NCBI RefSeq assembly: GCF_009914755.1
Contig: NC_060930.1
Direction: 5' to 3' (one strand)
Origin: the human T2T-CHM13v2.0 reference genome, Homo sapiens
Length of the DNA stretch: 64,000 nt
Shown here: positions 17,360 to 41,915 of the stretch, in pieces
Position numbering within the stretch: the stretch's first letter is position 1
Layout of the letters: every line of letters begins with the position of its first letter
The notes under the pieces: model-generated
What the model was told of the DNA's origin: nothing
What the model saw: only the letters and a program-made list of their open reading frames with translations
The model's database searches: none
Position numbers and translations under genes: made by a program

Positions 17360-18089
17360 CTGTGAATTGCAAATACTACATTAAAAATATGGGCATAAAT
17401 TTTGCTGAAATTAGGAGCATTAAATATTTCATTTATCATTTTATAGTGCTTTACTATTTAAGAAATAATTTAAAAAGGAAATTTTGGCTTTTTTCTTAAT
17501 TGCAACATCCTGCACTTGTCCTTGATTTAATAAGACAGTGTAGAACTAGTTTGAACTAGTTGAAAATTACAGGACCCTTGTTTTACAAAGAACTAGTTTA
17601 CATTTATGTTAAAAAATCTTTAAATTCTACTGAGCAATTTCTATCATATGGTAAAATAAGCATAAGGTAGATAGCGCATTTTCTATCATCTTCCTTAGAA
17701 AACAGATTCTGAAAAATTCTTATTAAAAATTTTGGAAAATGTACCAGATTCTTAGCTAATTTACCTTGGCTTTCACATATACCTAAGATGTTATGTACAG
17801 ATTGTTTTTGCATTTACTTAGCTATAAGCAGTTCTTTAATTCTTAAAATTTAAAGTCTCCTTCATCAGCAATCCTTTCTGTTGGTGACCTCCAGATAAGT
17901 TAAGAAATACTTTTCTACAGACTGCAAAATTCTGTAGAAAACTGCTAATTCTCAGTTGGGAACATGCTTATTTTATTTTATATTTATGCTTACTTAACCA
18001 TATGATAGAAAGGTTGCTTGAAAGGTTCATCTGTCCTTGTGGTTCCTTACCAGGGGATGAGAAAACTGGTGAGAGATGGCATGGTGAGT

Positions 18090-18487
18090 ATTATGGTTTG
18101 AATGTCCCCTCCAAAACTCAGGTTGAAATTTAATTGCCATTGTGATGGTATTAAGAGGTAGGACTGTTAAGAGGTGATTAGGTCACGAGTGCTCCGCCCT
18201 CATGAATAGATTAATGTCCTTATCTCAGGAGTGGGTAAGTTATTTTGAGAGTGGACTTATTATAAAGGCAAGTTAACCCCTCTTGCCCTGGCTCTGGCTC
18301 TTGCACTCTTTTGTTCTTCCACCTTCCACAATGGGAAACACAGCACAAAGGCCCTCACCGGATGCCAGTGCCATGCACTTGGACTTCCCAGGCTCCAAAT
18401 AAACTTATTTCTGTGAACCAAATGAACTTATTTTCTTTATAAATTACCTAGTCTGCGGTATTCTGCTATAGCAAAAGAAAATGAAGA
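18090..18487 (+). mobile_element. MST-family (MaLR) solo LTR
   Basis: tatggtttgaatgtcccctccaaaactca...ctttataaattacctagtctgcggtattctgctatagca. Confidence 0.85.
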
Positions 18488-19809
18488 GAGTGGGCAATGG
18501 CGAGGGGAAAACTGCTCCCCCCAACCCTCAGATGTGGGTCACACATGATATATGCTTGCTTCAGAGTTGACTATGCAATGCAGATGAGATTGTGAGCTAT
18601 GATCTTCCATGGACCACTGCAGCATCAGAGAACAAAGAGGCATGTGCACTGCAGGGATACTGCATGAATGTTCCCAAGTGAGAGCTGGAAGTGATAGTAA
18701 ATATTAAGGAAACTGTCAATGCTTAGGAGAGTTGTATAAGACTGAGAACCTCATCCATGGAGCACATTAAGCTACAGGCCTTCTCCACAGGGTTCCTGGA
18801 CAATGAGCTAGGGACTGAAACCATGCCCAGTTAGGTCAGGAGGCAGTCTCTCTTTCCTTATCATCCATATTTCCCACCCATACATGAAAAAAGTATTTGA
18901 ATAGACCATAAGTATTCTCTAAAAGGTTAAGTATTTGAATAGCAGACCATGTTCCTCTCTCAACTTCATGCCCATGGGGCCACACGTTCAGCAGGTGCCG
19001 AAGGGAGAAGAGAAGATGAGCTTTTGAATGAATTTGATATTACAGGCTTAAAAATGATCAGGACTGGCTTCTGGTTAAACAAAGCAGACTGAAAACATGA
19101 ATTTATGTTTGCTGCTTCCTAAAACCTCACTAAAATGACAGTAGAAGAATAAAAAAAAAAGAAATAAACTCATGAGGACGCAGAGAATGGGAGAAGAGAC
19201 TAGAGGTGCTGATCAAGGCTGACAGCTCACCAGTTACAGCTACACAGTTTTGTAAGTTAGAAAGCAGATGGATGAGTGGTAACTGACTTATATCAGAGAT
19301 AGGTGAAAGCTAAATATCTGTAGAGCAAAGATAGGTATGGGAGGGGTAAGAACAACAAGGAGTCAGTGGATTCACTTTGCAAAACCCTGGAAAGACATGG
19401 GACCTTGTGATACCAGGTACCTCTGAAGGGGAATGAATGGAGAGCAGAAAACAGTGTAACTGGTTGGAAATCTTTGAAAGAAGGTGCTAGTGCCAGAGCC
19501 ACTCCTACTCCACTTGGTCCCCTCCCACCACTTCTCTCCCAGTGAGAAGACCAGAAGCATACTTTCTGGAGCCACTTAACCAGAGGAGCATGTGAGGGAC
19601 CCCAGACACAGCCAAGGTAGCGGGGCAGGGGCAGAAGAAAGTTGGCCACTATAACCACTACCCTCAAGCTCTACTCCTACCCATCCTCTTGCTGAAGAAA
19701 CTCTGGACCTTTCCATGGTCCAGCAACTAAGGGTTAATGCCTGGCAAATGTCTTCAGCACTTCTGCCAGCTCTGTTGTGATTGGGTGAATGCTCTTGCAC
19801 CACAAAAAC

Positions 19810-19945
19810 TAATTTGCCAGGGCCAGAACAAAATGAAAATTACAGGACCCTTGTTCTACAATTATTAAGAATTTCAGGACTGCAGCAGCAGAGTATTAAA
19901 CTAAGCACATGGTCCTGTGTGAAGTTCATGAAGCCAACCCTGCCC
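19810..19945 (+). mobile_element. MER91-like short hAT element
   Basis: gggcc...aaaatgaaaat...ccttgttc...ttattaagaatttcag...catgaagccaaccctg resembles the MER91 consensus as I recall it. Confidence 0.55.
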
Positions 19946-20419
19946 CTGCAATGCAGCTGTTAAATTTTTAAAATATCACCATTGGTTCTAGGCACTTTAA
20001 AAGCATAATCTCATGTAATCTTTACAATAATACGATGCCATAGGGATTGTTGCTCCTTTTTTAATATATACCATTGAATAAAGGGCAGCAAGGTTAAGCA
20101 GAGTCACAGGTCTGATAGGCTGTACCGCTGAATTCAAATCCAGGTCTGTGTGACTCGAAAGCCAAAATTTTTACTGTGCTAGGTGCCAGTCTGACCCTGT
20201 CCTTCCTCCTACTGCACAAACCCATGCCCATGTCCTCATCTACCTGCACAGCCCCTCCTCTCCTGCAACTCAGCAGATGCTATAGCTCTCTCACTCTTCA
20301 CCAGGGAGCTGGAGTCTACAGTAAGGTCTCTGTGGCTTTCCTACCCCTTTAAACCAGTGGTTCTCTTCCTGAGCTGCATAGTAGAATCTCCTAGGGAAGA
20401 TTTTTGGGTTTATTTTTTG

Positions 20420-20785
20420 TTTTTTTAATTGTGGCAAAATACACATCCCATAAAATTTGTTTTTGTAACCACCTTTAAGCATACAATTCAGTGGTATTAA
20501 GTATATTCACTGTGTTGTGCAACCACCACCTCTATTCATTTCCAGAACTTTTCCATCATCCCAAACAGAACTCTGTACTCATGAAATAACTCTCCTTCCC
20601 CCCAGCCCCTGGTAACCTCTATCCTACATTCTGTCTCTATGAATTTGTCTATTCTGTGTATCTCGTATAAGTGGAATCATATGTTTGCCCTTTTGTATCT
20701 GCTTGTTTCACTTAGTATGTTTTCATGGATCATATTTTATCATATATAAGAATTTTACTCCTCTTTAAGGTTGAATAATATTCCA

Positions 20786-20820
<35 letters not shown>

Positions 20821-21612
20821 ACATTTTATCAGTTCATCCATTGATGGACATTGGGTTATCTCCACCTTCTGGCTATTGTGAATAGAGGTGCTATAAATAT
20901 TGGTGTACAAGTATCTGTTTGAGTTCCTGGTTTCAATCCTTTGGGGGAAATGCCTAGAAGTGTAATTGCTGGATAGATGAGAATTCTATGTTTAACTTTT
21001 TTAGCAACCACCAAACTATTTTAAACAGCAGCTGTACCATTTTACATCCCCACAAACAATGCAAGAGGGTTCTCATTTCTCCTCATCAACATTTGTTATT
21101 TCTCATTTTTTGAATAATAGCACCCCAATGGATATGAGATGGCATCTCATTGCAGTTTTGATTTGCATTTCCTTAATGGCTAGTGATATTGAGCATCTTT
21201 TCATGTACTTACTGGCTATTTATATATCTTCTTTAGAGAAATGTCTATTCAAATCCTTTGCCCATTTTTGAACTGGATTTTTTTACTGCTGTGGAGTTGT
21301 AGTTGTTCTTTACATATTCTGCATAGTAATCCCTATCAGATATGTGATTTTCAAATATTCTTCTCCTTTCTGTGGGTTGTCTTTTTACTCTATTGATTGA
21401 TGTGTTTTCCTTTTTTTTTGTAGAGATGGGGTTTTACCATGTTGGCCAGGCTGGTCTCAAACTCCTGGCCTCAAGTGATCTGCCTGCCTCAGACTCCCAA
21501 AGTACTAGGATTACAGGCATAAGCCACCATGCCCGGCTTCTACTGATAGTGCTGATGCAGAAAAGTTTTTTTGTATTTTTCTTTTGTAGTCTCTGCCTTT
21601 GATGTCATATCC
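20420..21612 (-). mobile_element. L1MB-like 3' fragment with (CA)n (20788-20819) and an Alu monomer (21405-21537)
   Basis: catacaattcagtggtattaagtatattcac; ttgatttgcatttccttaatggctagtg. Confidence 0.85.
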
Positions 21613-22504
21613 TATTTTGTTTTGTTTCACTTAATGACAGAGCCCTACCCTAGAAATTCTGTTTTAACTGGCCTGGGCATTGTAATGTTTAAAAAGCTTC
21701 CTAGATGACCCCATTTTGCAGTCAGGGCTGGGACCCACTGCTTTAAATATTTCCATTATATTGATTCTCTAAAAATCACCTGCCTTTAGCTGAAGATTAT
21801 TCATCTAAAGTCCTTTAAAAACACAAGAACTTGTATATTAATCAACTTTAATTGACCAGGCTCCTTTGGTGTCCCAAGAGTTAAAGCAGTGGTTCTCAGA
21901 CTTAAGTGGGCATAGGAATTTGTTCTAGATTTTGTAAAAATACATTTTCAGGTTCCATCTCCAGATAGTCTGGTTCAATCAGTCTGGGATTTGGGCCTCA
22001 GGGATTTGTGTTTGTAGTAAGCTTCCCAGGTGATTCTTTTGGAGGTGGTCTGGACTGCCAGGTAGAAATGCTGCTTAAGGGATATGAATAATGACTCCAG
22101 CATACACAGCCACATCTTCCCTTTTATGAAAAAGGAGGCAGGTTCACCTAGTCATACAGCTTATGAACTACAACCTTACACCTATGCCCCATGCATGCAA
22201 TGCTTTCTAAGGACAAACTTTCTGGCTCAGAAATTTCCTGCAGGTTTTATAGATACTTTTTCTCTTTCCTTCATTGATGACCTAGAACAGGAGGCCTCAG
22301 TACTCAGTTTATTTTTCCCAGCCTCTGTTCTGACCAAGCCCACTTTTCTTCCTCTTCAGCACCAGTTCATATTGCAGGGGTCCCAGCACATATCCCAGTT
22401 ATGTTGACCCACTGAGATCTTGTTATGATACAGGATAACAAAATGACCTCTTTCTTCAAAGATTTTAAAATTTGAATTATGTCTATTTATGATCCTGGCA
22501 TATG

Positions 22505-24740
<2,236 letters not shown>

Positions 24741-25214
24741 GGTATGCGTTTTTTAAAAATAATTTCTACTCATTTAGGTGAAACTGAGCTTCTCAGAATA
24801 GGTCAAATTCTCCAGTTAAAACTCCTTGTGGCACTTTTGGCAATTGGCAGTTATAATCTGATACCCATCACATATGTAGCACATCAGTGCCAGGAACACA
24901 TTAGTTACTCAAAAAAATTGGTTGAATTATTAAAGAAATAGAGTTAAGAACTTTTAGGTCTTCACATTCTTTGGTGCTGCAAATTTTTAAACTGAACTTG
25001 GATTTCTTTCTTTTTTACTGTTCCTACATGTAATTGTTATGATTTTGTTTCAAAACTTGTGTTGTGTCTAATATCTGAAAGGATATTGTGCTAATATTAC
25101 AGCTTCTTCCTAGAAATCACATCCATTTTTATAAAAGAATACAAATTAAGGCCACAACATACATATATATATGAATAAATATATATATATATATACATTT
25201 TTATATATATATAA

Positions 25215-25505
25215 TTTTTTTTCAGATAGCATCTGGCTCTGTTGCCCAGGCTGGAGTGCAATGGCATGATCATGGCTCACTGCAGCCTTAACCTCCTGGG
25301 CTCAAGCAATCCTCCCGTCTCAGCTCCTGAGTAGCTGAGACTACAGGTGCATACCACCACACCTGGCTAATTTTTTCTTTCTTTCTTTTTTTTTTTTTTT
25401 TTTTGTAGAGATGGGTTCTGACTAGGTCATCCAGGCTGGTCTCAGACTCCTGGGCTCCAGTGATCCTCCCATGGGATTACAGGTGTGAGCCACTGCACCC
25501 TGCCC
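25215..25505 (-). mobile_element. AluJ about 50 bp downstream of the exon 10 donor
   Basis: Reverse Alu dimer preceded by a (TA)n tract. Confidence 0.88.
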
Positions 25506-25553
25506 ACAACATATATTGAAAATTAGACTTTCAGACAGTTCCATATAACTTAC

Positions 25554-25652
25554 ATTTTCCATTGTGTCATTAATTTCTTCCTCTGCACCCTGAAGTTTGG
25601 TTAGAATAGCTGCTCTTTTTAGGTTCAGATATTTAAGTCGATCCATAACAAT
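25554..25652 (-). CDS. AK9: AK9 exon 10
   Basis: aaatctag|ATT...AAT|gtaagt; 99 nt; IVMDRLKYLNLKRAAILTKLQGAEEEINDTMEN. Confidence 0.95.
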
Positions 25653-25754
25653 CTAGATTTAAAGAACAGATATTTAACTACATTGGCATCTGAATATCTC
25701 AAATACTCTGAAACAGTGGTGGGCTTATGAGCCAAGACCATGCTCCCCCTGACT

Positions 25755-26315
25755 CTGGGTCGAATCCTTGCTTGCTTCTTCTGGCTTCTGGCTGTTTGCT
25801 GACAATCCTTGGTATGTCTTGGCTTGCATCACTCCAATCTCTGCCTCTGTTGTCACAGAAACATCTTCTCCCTGTGTGTCTGAGTCTCTTCTCCTAATCT
25901 ATAGGCAAAGACCTTATTTCCAAATAAGGTCACATTCATAGGTATTGGACTTCAGGGCCTCAACATATCTTTTTGAGGGACACATTTCAACTCATAACAG
26001 TCTGCCCTCTGGTCCCCAGATATTCATGTCCTTAGAGGTCTTGGTCTCTGGGACCTCTTCAGGCAAAGGGATGATTGCCATGTGAAGATGGAGGCAGATA
26101 TTGGAGTTTTGCTGCCATAAGTCAAGAAATGCCGGGAGCTACCAGAAGCTGGAAGAAACAAAAATAGAGCCTCCCCAAGAGACTTTGGAAGGAGCATGGC
26201 ACTGCCAACACCTTGATTTTGGACTTTTAGCCTCCAGAACTGTGAGAGAATAAATATCTGTCATTTTAAGCTACCAGTTTGTGGCACTTTGTTATGGCAA
26301 CCCCAGGAAATTTGT
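25755..26315. mobile_element. MLT1C-like LTR pieces in opposite orientations
   Basis: Reverse piece (gaccttatttccaaataaggtcacattc) then forward piece (gaaggagcatggcactgccaacaccttgattttggacttttagcctccagaactgtgagagaataaat). Confidence 0.7.
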
Positions 26316-26659
26316 GCAGACACTACATGGAAGAATCTGGAAAAATAAAAGAGGCCAGCACACAGATCATGAGATGGGAGATAGTGAGATAGCCAAAATC
26401 CTGATGGTGTGTGGTAGCCTGTGACAGACTGTGTTACAATGCAACCTTCACTGATTAATTCCCTAGTTCATTCTGGGTGGAGTACACTTCCTTATTCCAC
26501 TAATGTCAAGCTTCTCCATGTAGCCTGCTCTGCCAATGGAACGTGGGTGGAAGTGCAGAGTACCAGTTCCCATGGGCACCTTCACAGGTTTGGCAAGTTC
26601 CAGCCAGGCCCCTTGGAGCTTCTGCCCTCTACCTTGAGGAAAGTGTGTCCCAGGTAGTA

Positions 26660-28185
26660 AAAAGTGGTAGAATTCTGGCCATATTTTGAAGGAGAAGCCT
26701 GCTGTATATGCTGGTGAATGGGATGTGGGATGTGAGAAAAAAAAAGTCAAGGAGGGCAGCTGGCTGGGTGGTTTTTGCATTTACTGAAAAAGGAGAACGG
26801 TGGGAGAAGCACATTGGGGGCAGGGTGGTGGTGGTGAAGTTCTATCTTGCACACTTAAATCTGAAATGACTAGCAGACATCCAATTGGAAAAACAGCAGT
26901 TGAGCAGCCATTAAGTATACAAGTGTGGAATTCAGGGGAAAGATCTGATACAGCATCATGAATTTAAGAGATGTCAGTGGTTAGAAGATATCTAAAGCTA
27001 CTGACTGAATGAAATCTCTTAAGGAGTGAGGGTAAACAGAGAAGGGCTCATGCCTTGTGAACTCTGGGGTCCTGCAACACTGCAGGTTAGCGAATTAGAG
27101 TGTGAAGTGAGGTGTAATGGAACTACTGTGGTGTGGGGTCCAAGAAGCCAAGGGAAGAAGGGTGCAGAAAAAAAGAAGTGATCTGTTGTGTCAAATGCTG
27201 CTTCTATTATAGATTGAATTAGATGAAGACTGAAAAATGAGCAGTGACTTTGGTCATGAGATCACAGGTGATCTTGGCAAGAGCATGTCCCAAGTGAGGA
27301 GCTTCTCCCTGAGGTGGCTCCACCACTAGCATGCACTGTTACCATGCTGCCACCAGTCATATCAAGCCAGAAATCTGGGCATTATATTTGACTTTTCTCT
27401 CTCCCTTAATTCCCATATTAAGTTACTCACCAAGTCCTGTCAAGTAGATTTCTTAAATGTCTCTCAGATCTGTCCTTTTCTGTCCATTCCTGTGTTCACT
27501 ACCCTAGGTTAGGCCACTATCTCATACCTGATCAATGGCAAAAGCCAAAACTAGTTTTCCTACCACCAATTTGATTCTCCTTTAGTTTTTTTCCTTGCTT
27601 GGAACGGAGTGATCTTTCTTAAACAGAAATAGGATCATCTGTACTTTCTGGCTTAAAACCTTTCACTGGATGCCTATTCCCTCATGTTGAGGTCCAAACT
27701 CCTTACTATGGTTTACAAGGTCTTTCTTGGTGCAATCCCTTCTTATTTCTAGTCTTGGCTCTATTCCACCCCTCCAGCCCCATCCTCCTACGTTCCAGTC
27801 CTATATTCAGTACCTGCAAACCACTATGCTCTTTCTGGCCTCTGGGTCCTTGACACAGACTCTTCCCTCAGCATGGAACACTGTCTCACTTCCCTCACCT
27901 CCCCTTGTCTTCAAGGTCTAGTTCTTACTGGTCCTTTAAGTTTCTATTTAAACATAGTTTCAGACTGGTGGTCCTCCTTACCAGACTAGGTTTTGTCTTT
28001 ATGCTATGAACTGCTGTAATACCATGCATGTGTATCCCTGACTGTAACACAAACTGCTCTCTAGAGATTTATTTTCCCCAACATATTGGATACTGCATGA
28101 GCAGAGATGTGTGGACCCTTCTGCCTCCTTCCTATCTTTATCCCTAGAGCCCATTATAATGCCAGACACTTATTTGACATTTAAG
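26660..28185. mobile_element. L2 remnants in both orientations
   Basis: tgtcaaatgctgc...gatgaagactgaaaaatga; tggcttaaaacctttcactgg...tccaaactcctta. Confidence 0.6.
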
Positions 28186-28649
28186 AGATAGTTACTATAT
28201 TTTTGTATTATTGAATTATTTTTGTAAAACATTTTTGGGTTCCAATTTCTCCACATCCTCACCAACACTTTTTATTATTTGTTTTATGTTTGTTTGTTTT
28301 TACTTTGGTCATCCTAGAAGGTAAAAGGGGGTTCCCCATTGTGGTTTTGACCTGCCTTTCCCTAATGACTAATGATGTTCAGCATCTTCTCATGTGCTTT
28401 TGGTTACCATTGCTTTTACTTTTCTTTGAGACGCCTTTTGAAAGAGATTTTAAATTCGAATGTAGTTTTGATTTTAAAATGGACAGATGAATAAACAGAA
28501 CATCAAAATTTTAAGTGTTAAGACAGATTGTTCAAAGATAAATGGTGTTCAAATATAAATATGCTTCTGTTTATTAAAAGAAGTACAATACTGTCAATAG
28601 ATTTAAATTTTCCATGCTGTGAAGTATTCCTGCTTAACACTGCACTCAC

Positions 28650-28724
28650 CATAAAGAGCTCCTCTGCTGGTTTATTTCCATTTAGCTCAATGAGATACTG
28701 GGGATTGTGTTCAGCCATTACTTC
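28650..28724 (-). CDS. AK9: AK9 exon 9
   Basis: tctgcag|GAA...ATG|gtgagt; 75 nt; EVMAEHNPQYLIELNGNKPAEELFM. Confidence 0.95.
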
Positions 28725-29119
28725 CTGCAGATAATAGAAAAGAAACTTTATAATACAGGATCACTAGAAAAACTGAATACAAGATCAGAATCTTAATATA
28801 CTGTGCAGATATATTTAAAGTAAATTGTTTGCCTTATACATGCTATAATGTATGTTATTTTCAATGCTCAAGAGATCTTTTGCAAAAGCTCAAACTAATC
28901 TTCTCACCATGAATTTTATTTTCCTGTTTAAAAAAATCTTTTTTCTCTACTTTGATGCCTTAATGTTTTTTCCAATACAAAATGTTTTGGGGCATCTATC
29001 TGCATATGTTCATAGCTTTGCTATTTGGTTTCTAAACCATGGAAGCATCTGATTAAACTTTAAGTCACAGACTTTCTTCACATAGATACTAGCATCATTT
29101 AGAAGATACAACGTATTTT

Positions 29120-36474
<7,355 letters not shown>

Positions 36475-36966
36475 CTCAGGAGTTTGAGATCATAATGGAG
36501 CTTACTTTTTCACTTAACATTATAACTAAACTTCCCCTACACTTTTTATAAGATCACTGTCAATGTAACATTTTAATGGTTTTATAAGATTATGTACTGT
36601 GGATATAGCATAATTTATTTCATATTCTTCTGCTGTTTGACATTTAGGTATGTTACAATACTTTATTAGTTATTTTCAAGCATTTCTTTTTATGAAAGTT
36701 TTAAAAATTACTTTCTTCTTTAATAATTACAAAAATAACTTGTACTAACTGCAACCAGTGAAGGAATGCAAAAAAGTACATAGAAACAGTTAACACGACT
36801 TCTCCCTGCTCCTCCATGCTGCCCGCACAACACAGTGCGTCTTTTTATACAACCATTCACCTCATTGATATAAATATATGCACACATATAAATGTTCAGT
36901 AACACAGAATATCCTTTGGTATATCCTGATATATTGGATATATGGGCCAGATTTGTAAAAGTAGGT

Positions 36967-37261
36967 GTTTTTTTTTTGTTTTTGAGACGGAGTTTCACTG
37001 TCACCCAGGCTGGACTGCATGGCATGATCTTGGCTCACTGCAACCTCCACCCACTGGGTTCAAGTGAGTCTCCTGCCTCAGCCTCCTGAGTAGCTGGGAT
37101 TATAGGTGCCTGCCACCATGCCTGGCTGATTTTTGTATTTTTAGTAGAGAGGCGGTTTCACCATGGTGGCCAGGCTGGTCTCAAACTCCTGACTTCAGGT
37201 GATCCACCCGTCTCCGCCTCCCAAAGTACTGGGATTACAGGCATGAGACAACACGCCTGGC
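36967..37261 (-). mobile_element. AluS (AluSx-like)
   Basis: Reverse dimer with TSD aaaagtaggt. Confidence 0.9.
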
Positions 37262-37564
37262 AAAAGTAGGTTTTAATATTAATACAGGTAGGTATAGCCA
37301 GTTGTTTTTCCAAAGGTGGTGGCAATTCAAAGCCCTAACCCGCAATGTATGAGAAGGTTCATTTCTTCTTGCCACCACTGGCTATCTTAGCTTTTAAATT
37401 TCTGCCAAACTGAGTTAAAAAACGGAATCAGTTTATTTTACTTTTTATTCCTGTGGTGAGGTTCAGCATTCAGATATGCATCTCTGTAAACTGCCTTATC
37501 ATAGCCTCTACGCATTTTTCTTTTGGATTGTTTCCTTTCTCTGACATTCACGGAAAGTTTTTAA

Positions 37565-37912
<348 letters not shown>

Positions 37913-38266
37913 TAAGTTTTCTTCTACTATTTGTTTTTATTTTTAATACAAAATCCAATATCTACTGGATTTTATTTGTGTACAACAACAATGTTGAACT
38001 CTGAGCCCTGTGTTCCTGGAAAGCAGGGATGGCTGAGAAGACCCACCTCCATCCTTCCTCAAGGACTCAGATAAAGTCTGTCTCCATCTTTTCTCATGAC
38101 TCAAGGATGGCTCCCTTGTTTACCTGCTTCCATAAAACCCAGCTCTCTTCCATTGCTTTTAGAAGGTCTTTATTAATGAACATTCTCCTTATTGCAAGTT
38201 TGAACAAAATCATCTCTTTATCCAGTGTATTTTGTTTTCACAATATTGTATGAGGTTAGATTCTAG

Positions 38267-38691
<425 letters not shown>

Positions 38692-40791
38692 TAAGCTAGA
38701 TTCAATCTTAAGAGTGAACTACTAAGTTGGAGAGTATCAACACTCTTAAGGAAATGGATACCTGCACCAGGAGTTGAGTTGGGATTCAAAGACAGGCCAA
38801 AATGGGAACATGGTGTTGGCTTAGCCCTGAAGCAGTTTGCAGAATGTATACCAGAAAGTGATGCAGCTCAGTTTGCTCCTGCTTGCTTTCCTTGTATCTC
38901 TTGGAGACACACTGAACTTTAGTGGTCTTGGTCTAAAAGTGAAGTAACATCTCAGCCAGGTCAGAGAAGACTAGAATTGTAGGGTCTTACCCTTTATGGG
39001 TCTCCTCCCTCAACATATAAGGCAATTGCTTGGCTATTCAGCAAGTGTCATCTAGGCCTAAAGTCTAGGTTCTTGGCTTTGAAATACTGCTTTGTTGCAC
39101 TAGGGCAATGAATTCTTATCTATATTTTGCTGCAGGGCCTAGAAGTTTTCTACTTCTGGGTGTTTTTGTGGACAACCTGTCAAAGGATGGCCATACAAAT
39201 TCATATTTGGGGTATAAGAGTTCTTTACCATATCCTTGCTAGCATCAGGAATTCTTACTACCTGTTCATCTTTTAAATTTTCATCATGGAAATGATATTT
39301 CATTACTTAGATTAGCATTTCTTTATTATCAGTGAAGCTGAACATTTTTTCTACAGGCTTATCATTCTTCATTTTTGTTAATTGCTCATATTTGTTGTCC
39401 ATTTATCTCAAGACAGAGTGAACTTACAGGTTTTTAAAAAATCATTTCTATGACCTTTTAATATATCAAAGCTTTAAATCTTTCATCATAGTTAACGTGA
39501 ATATTTTTCCAGTTTATTGTCTTTTAGTTTGAGTGTGGTTTCATCTATTTAATTTCCGGAAGTTGTGCATTTAACGAAATTGAAGCTATCATTCTTTTTC
39601 CTTTGTATCTTGTCATTTGTGCTGATGAACATTTGTTAAATATTTACTGCTTGCCAGACTTTGGGCGCTGCACTGCCCAAATGTGAGGAAGTATAACCTG
39701 GTGCTTGTTCTTAAAAAGATAACCTCTGCATTTTCCCCCCATAAATACAATTTTCTACTTTCTGAATCTGATTCTAATTTGGCTTTATTTCATACCCAGT
39801 GCCAGCCACTTAAGGAGTAGTCAAGATACTTTTATTGAAGGAAGAAAGGATGTTATTGATAGTCGTGTACTTCACGCTTCAGAAGCTACGTTTATAAGCC
39901 AGTGACAGGAGAGGTGGGGAGGAATAGAAGTCATACATATGAAAGCAATTAAGTGTGGTTCTCATTTTGGGGGATGGATGTTGAGAATGAAAATGATCCA
40001 CTCATTTATCTTTAAAGTAATATAAACACTGTGAGACAGCATGAAACACATTCTTTAGTTTCTCTATCATATGGGAATAGGCAATTGGAGGACTGTGTTT
40101 TATTTGTCTTCACAGTTCTGTTGCTTAGCATAGAGTCTGGCTAAATGCGCAAGTTCAATAAATGTTTGTTGACTAAATCTCCAACACAAATGATTACATT
40201 TGGTAGAGTCTTACCTGGACTTTTTACCATATAAAATACGCTTTTCGCTACTTGTAATCTCAGTCATCATACTTTTAAAATACTAATCATTTTAATTAAA
40301 ACCTTCCTATTACATTATATAATGGTCTTACCATGTTTACATATAATGGGATAACCATAGACCAATCAGTGTAACAAATTCTTTAGATTGCAATTTAACT
40401 AAATGAACAATTCCTTTTAAACAAAAGGTGTACCTTAAATGTATATTTGTTTTGATAAAGCTATAACTTACAGATTGAAAATGCTTTTATAACATAGTCT
40501 TTTAACATGAATTTCCCAACTCCCATCCATAAAGGAATTTCCTCACTGGCTTTTGAAAAATGCAGTTCATTTGTCACTTTGCAGTAACAGAGTTGCTTTG
40601 TAAGAGTAAAATAATATTGTTCTGGGAAACAGTCTTTGGGATGGAGGCCTTTTTCTGACAGCTTTCTACAAAGCTCAAGGGGAGAATCAGACAGATAATA
40701 ACACATGGGGATGAAGACATGTGAAAGCTACTTAACCAGTGATGAAACACAAATATCAATATTCATTTTCAGCAATATATTTTGTTCTTAC

Positions 40792-40920
40792 TTCTAAAGT
40801 TTGGAGAATTGTTTCCTTATAAAGCTTAACAATGTTTTCAACATTTTCCAAATAATCTTCAGGCCTCTGAACTAGATGATGAAGAATTTCAGCCACCATC
40901 TGCATTTCGGCAATAAATGC
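40792..40920 (-). CDS. AK9: AK9 exon 8
   Basis: catttag|GCA...GAA|gtaaga; 129 nt; AFIAEMQMVAEILHHLVQRPEDYLENVENIVKLYKETILQTLE. Confidence 0.95.
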
Positions 40921-41239
40921 CTAAATGGAAAAGAAGAGATTTCAAATATCTTTAGGTCAATGACTATTCAATTTACAAGCCATATTCCCCACTCCTTACA
41001 CCTAGATATCATTTTGGGGTGAGAAGCAGGGGGAGGGGACGATTAAAGATTAAGGATTTTTATTTAAGAGAATGGAAGACTCCTAACGGGTCTTCATCAG
41101 ATGGAATAAAGCTTTAAATTGACCTGGATATTTACTCATTTCTGTTTGTTCCCCAATAAGTAGGGACGAGTAGGGGAAGAACATCAGATTTTCAGAGACA
41201 AAATAGAGAAATTAGATTTCCTGTGAACACCTGAGCTTG

Positions 41240-41915
41240 TAGTTCATTCATTCAAGTATTTATTGAGTGCCTTCTATGCATCAGGCACTGTTCTAAGGAT
41301 TTGGAATAGAACAGTGAACAAAACCAACTAACACCCTGGGCTCATAGCACTCACACACATTGCAGTTGAGGAAGGCAGCATAAACAAGTACACAAATAAA
41401 TATATAATATATTAGGTGGTGGTAAGTACTAGGAAGAAAAATAAAGCAGGGTAGCATGGATGAAGAGTGGTAGGAGAAGAAGCTGTTTACATCAAGTGGT
41501 CATGAAAGGGTTATCTAGAGAAATGGAATTTGAGTTGAAATCTGAAGGAAATGAGGGAGAGAGAACTGCCACACAAGTTTCTTTCTTTTTTTTTTTTAAT
41601 TATACTTTAAGTTCTAGGGTATGTGTGCACAACATGCAGGTTTGTTACATATGTATACACGTGCCATGTTGGTGTGCTTCACCCATTAACTCGTCATTTA
41701 CATTAGGTATATCTCCTAATGCTATCCCTCCTGCCTCCCCCTACCCCCTGACAGGCTCTGGTGTGTGATGTTCCCCTTCCTGTGTCCAAGTGTTCTCATT
41801 ATTCAATTCCCACCTATGAGTGAGAACATGTGCCACACAAGTTTCTAGAGAAAGAACATTTTAAGGTAGAGGGAACAGCGTGTGTAAAAGTTCTCATCCC
41901 AGGGCCTGGCACAGG
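41240..41915 (-). mobile_element. L2 3' remnant interrupted by an L1 fragment
   Basis: ttcattcattcaagtatttattgagtgcc...caggcactgttcta; resumes after 41846. Confidence 0.75.
41583..41830 (-). mobile_element. ~250-bp 5'-truncated L1PA (about L1PA5) with 16-bp TSD
   Basis: TSD tgccacacaagtttct at 41567-41582 and 41831-41846; reverse L1 3'UTR between them. Confidence 0.92.
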
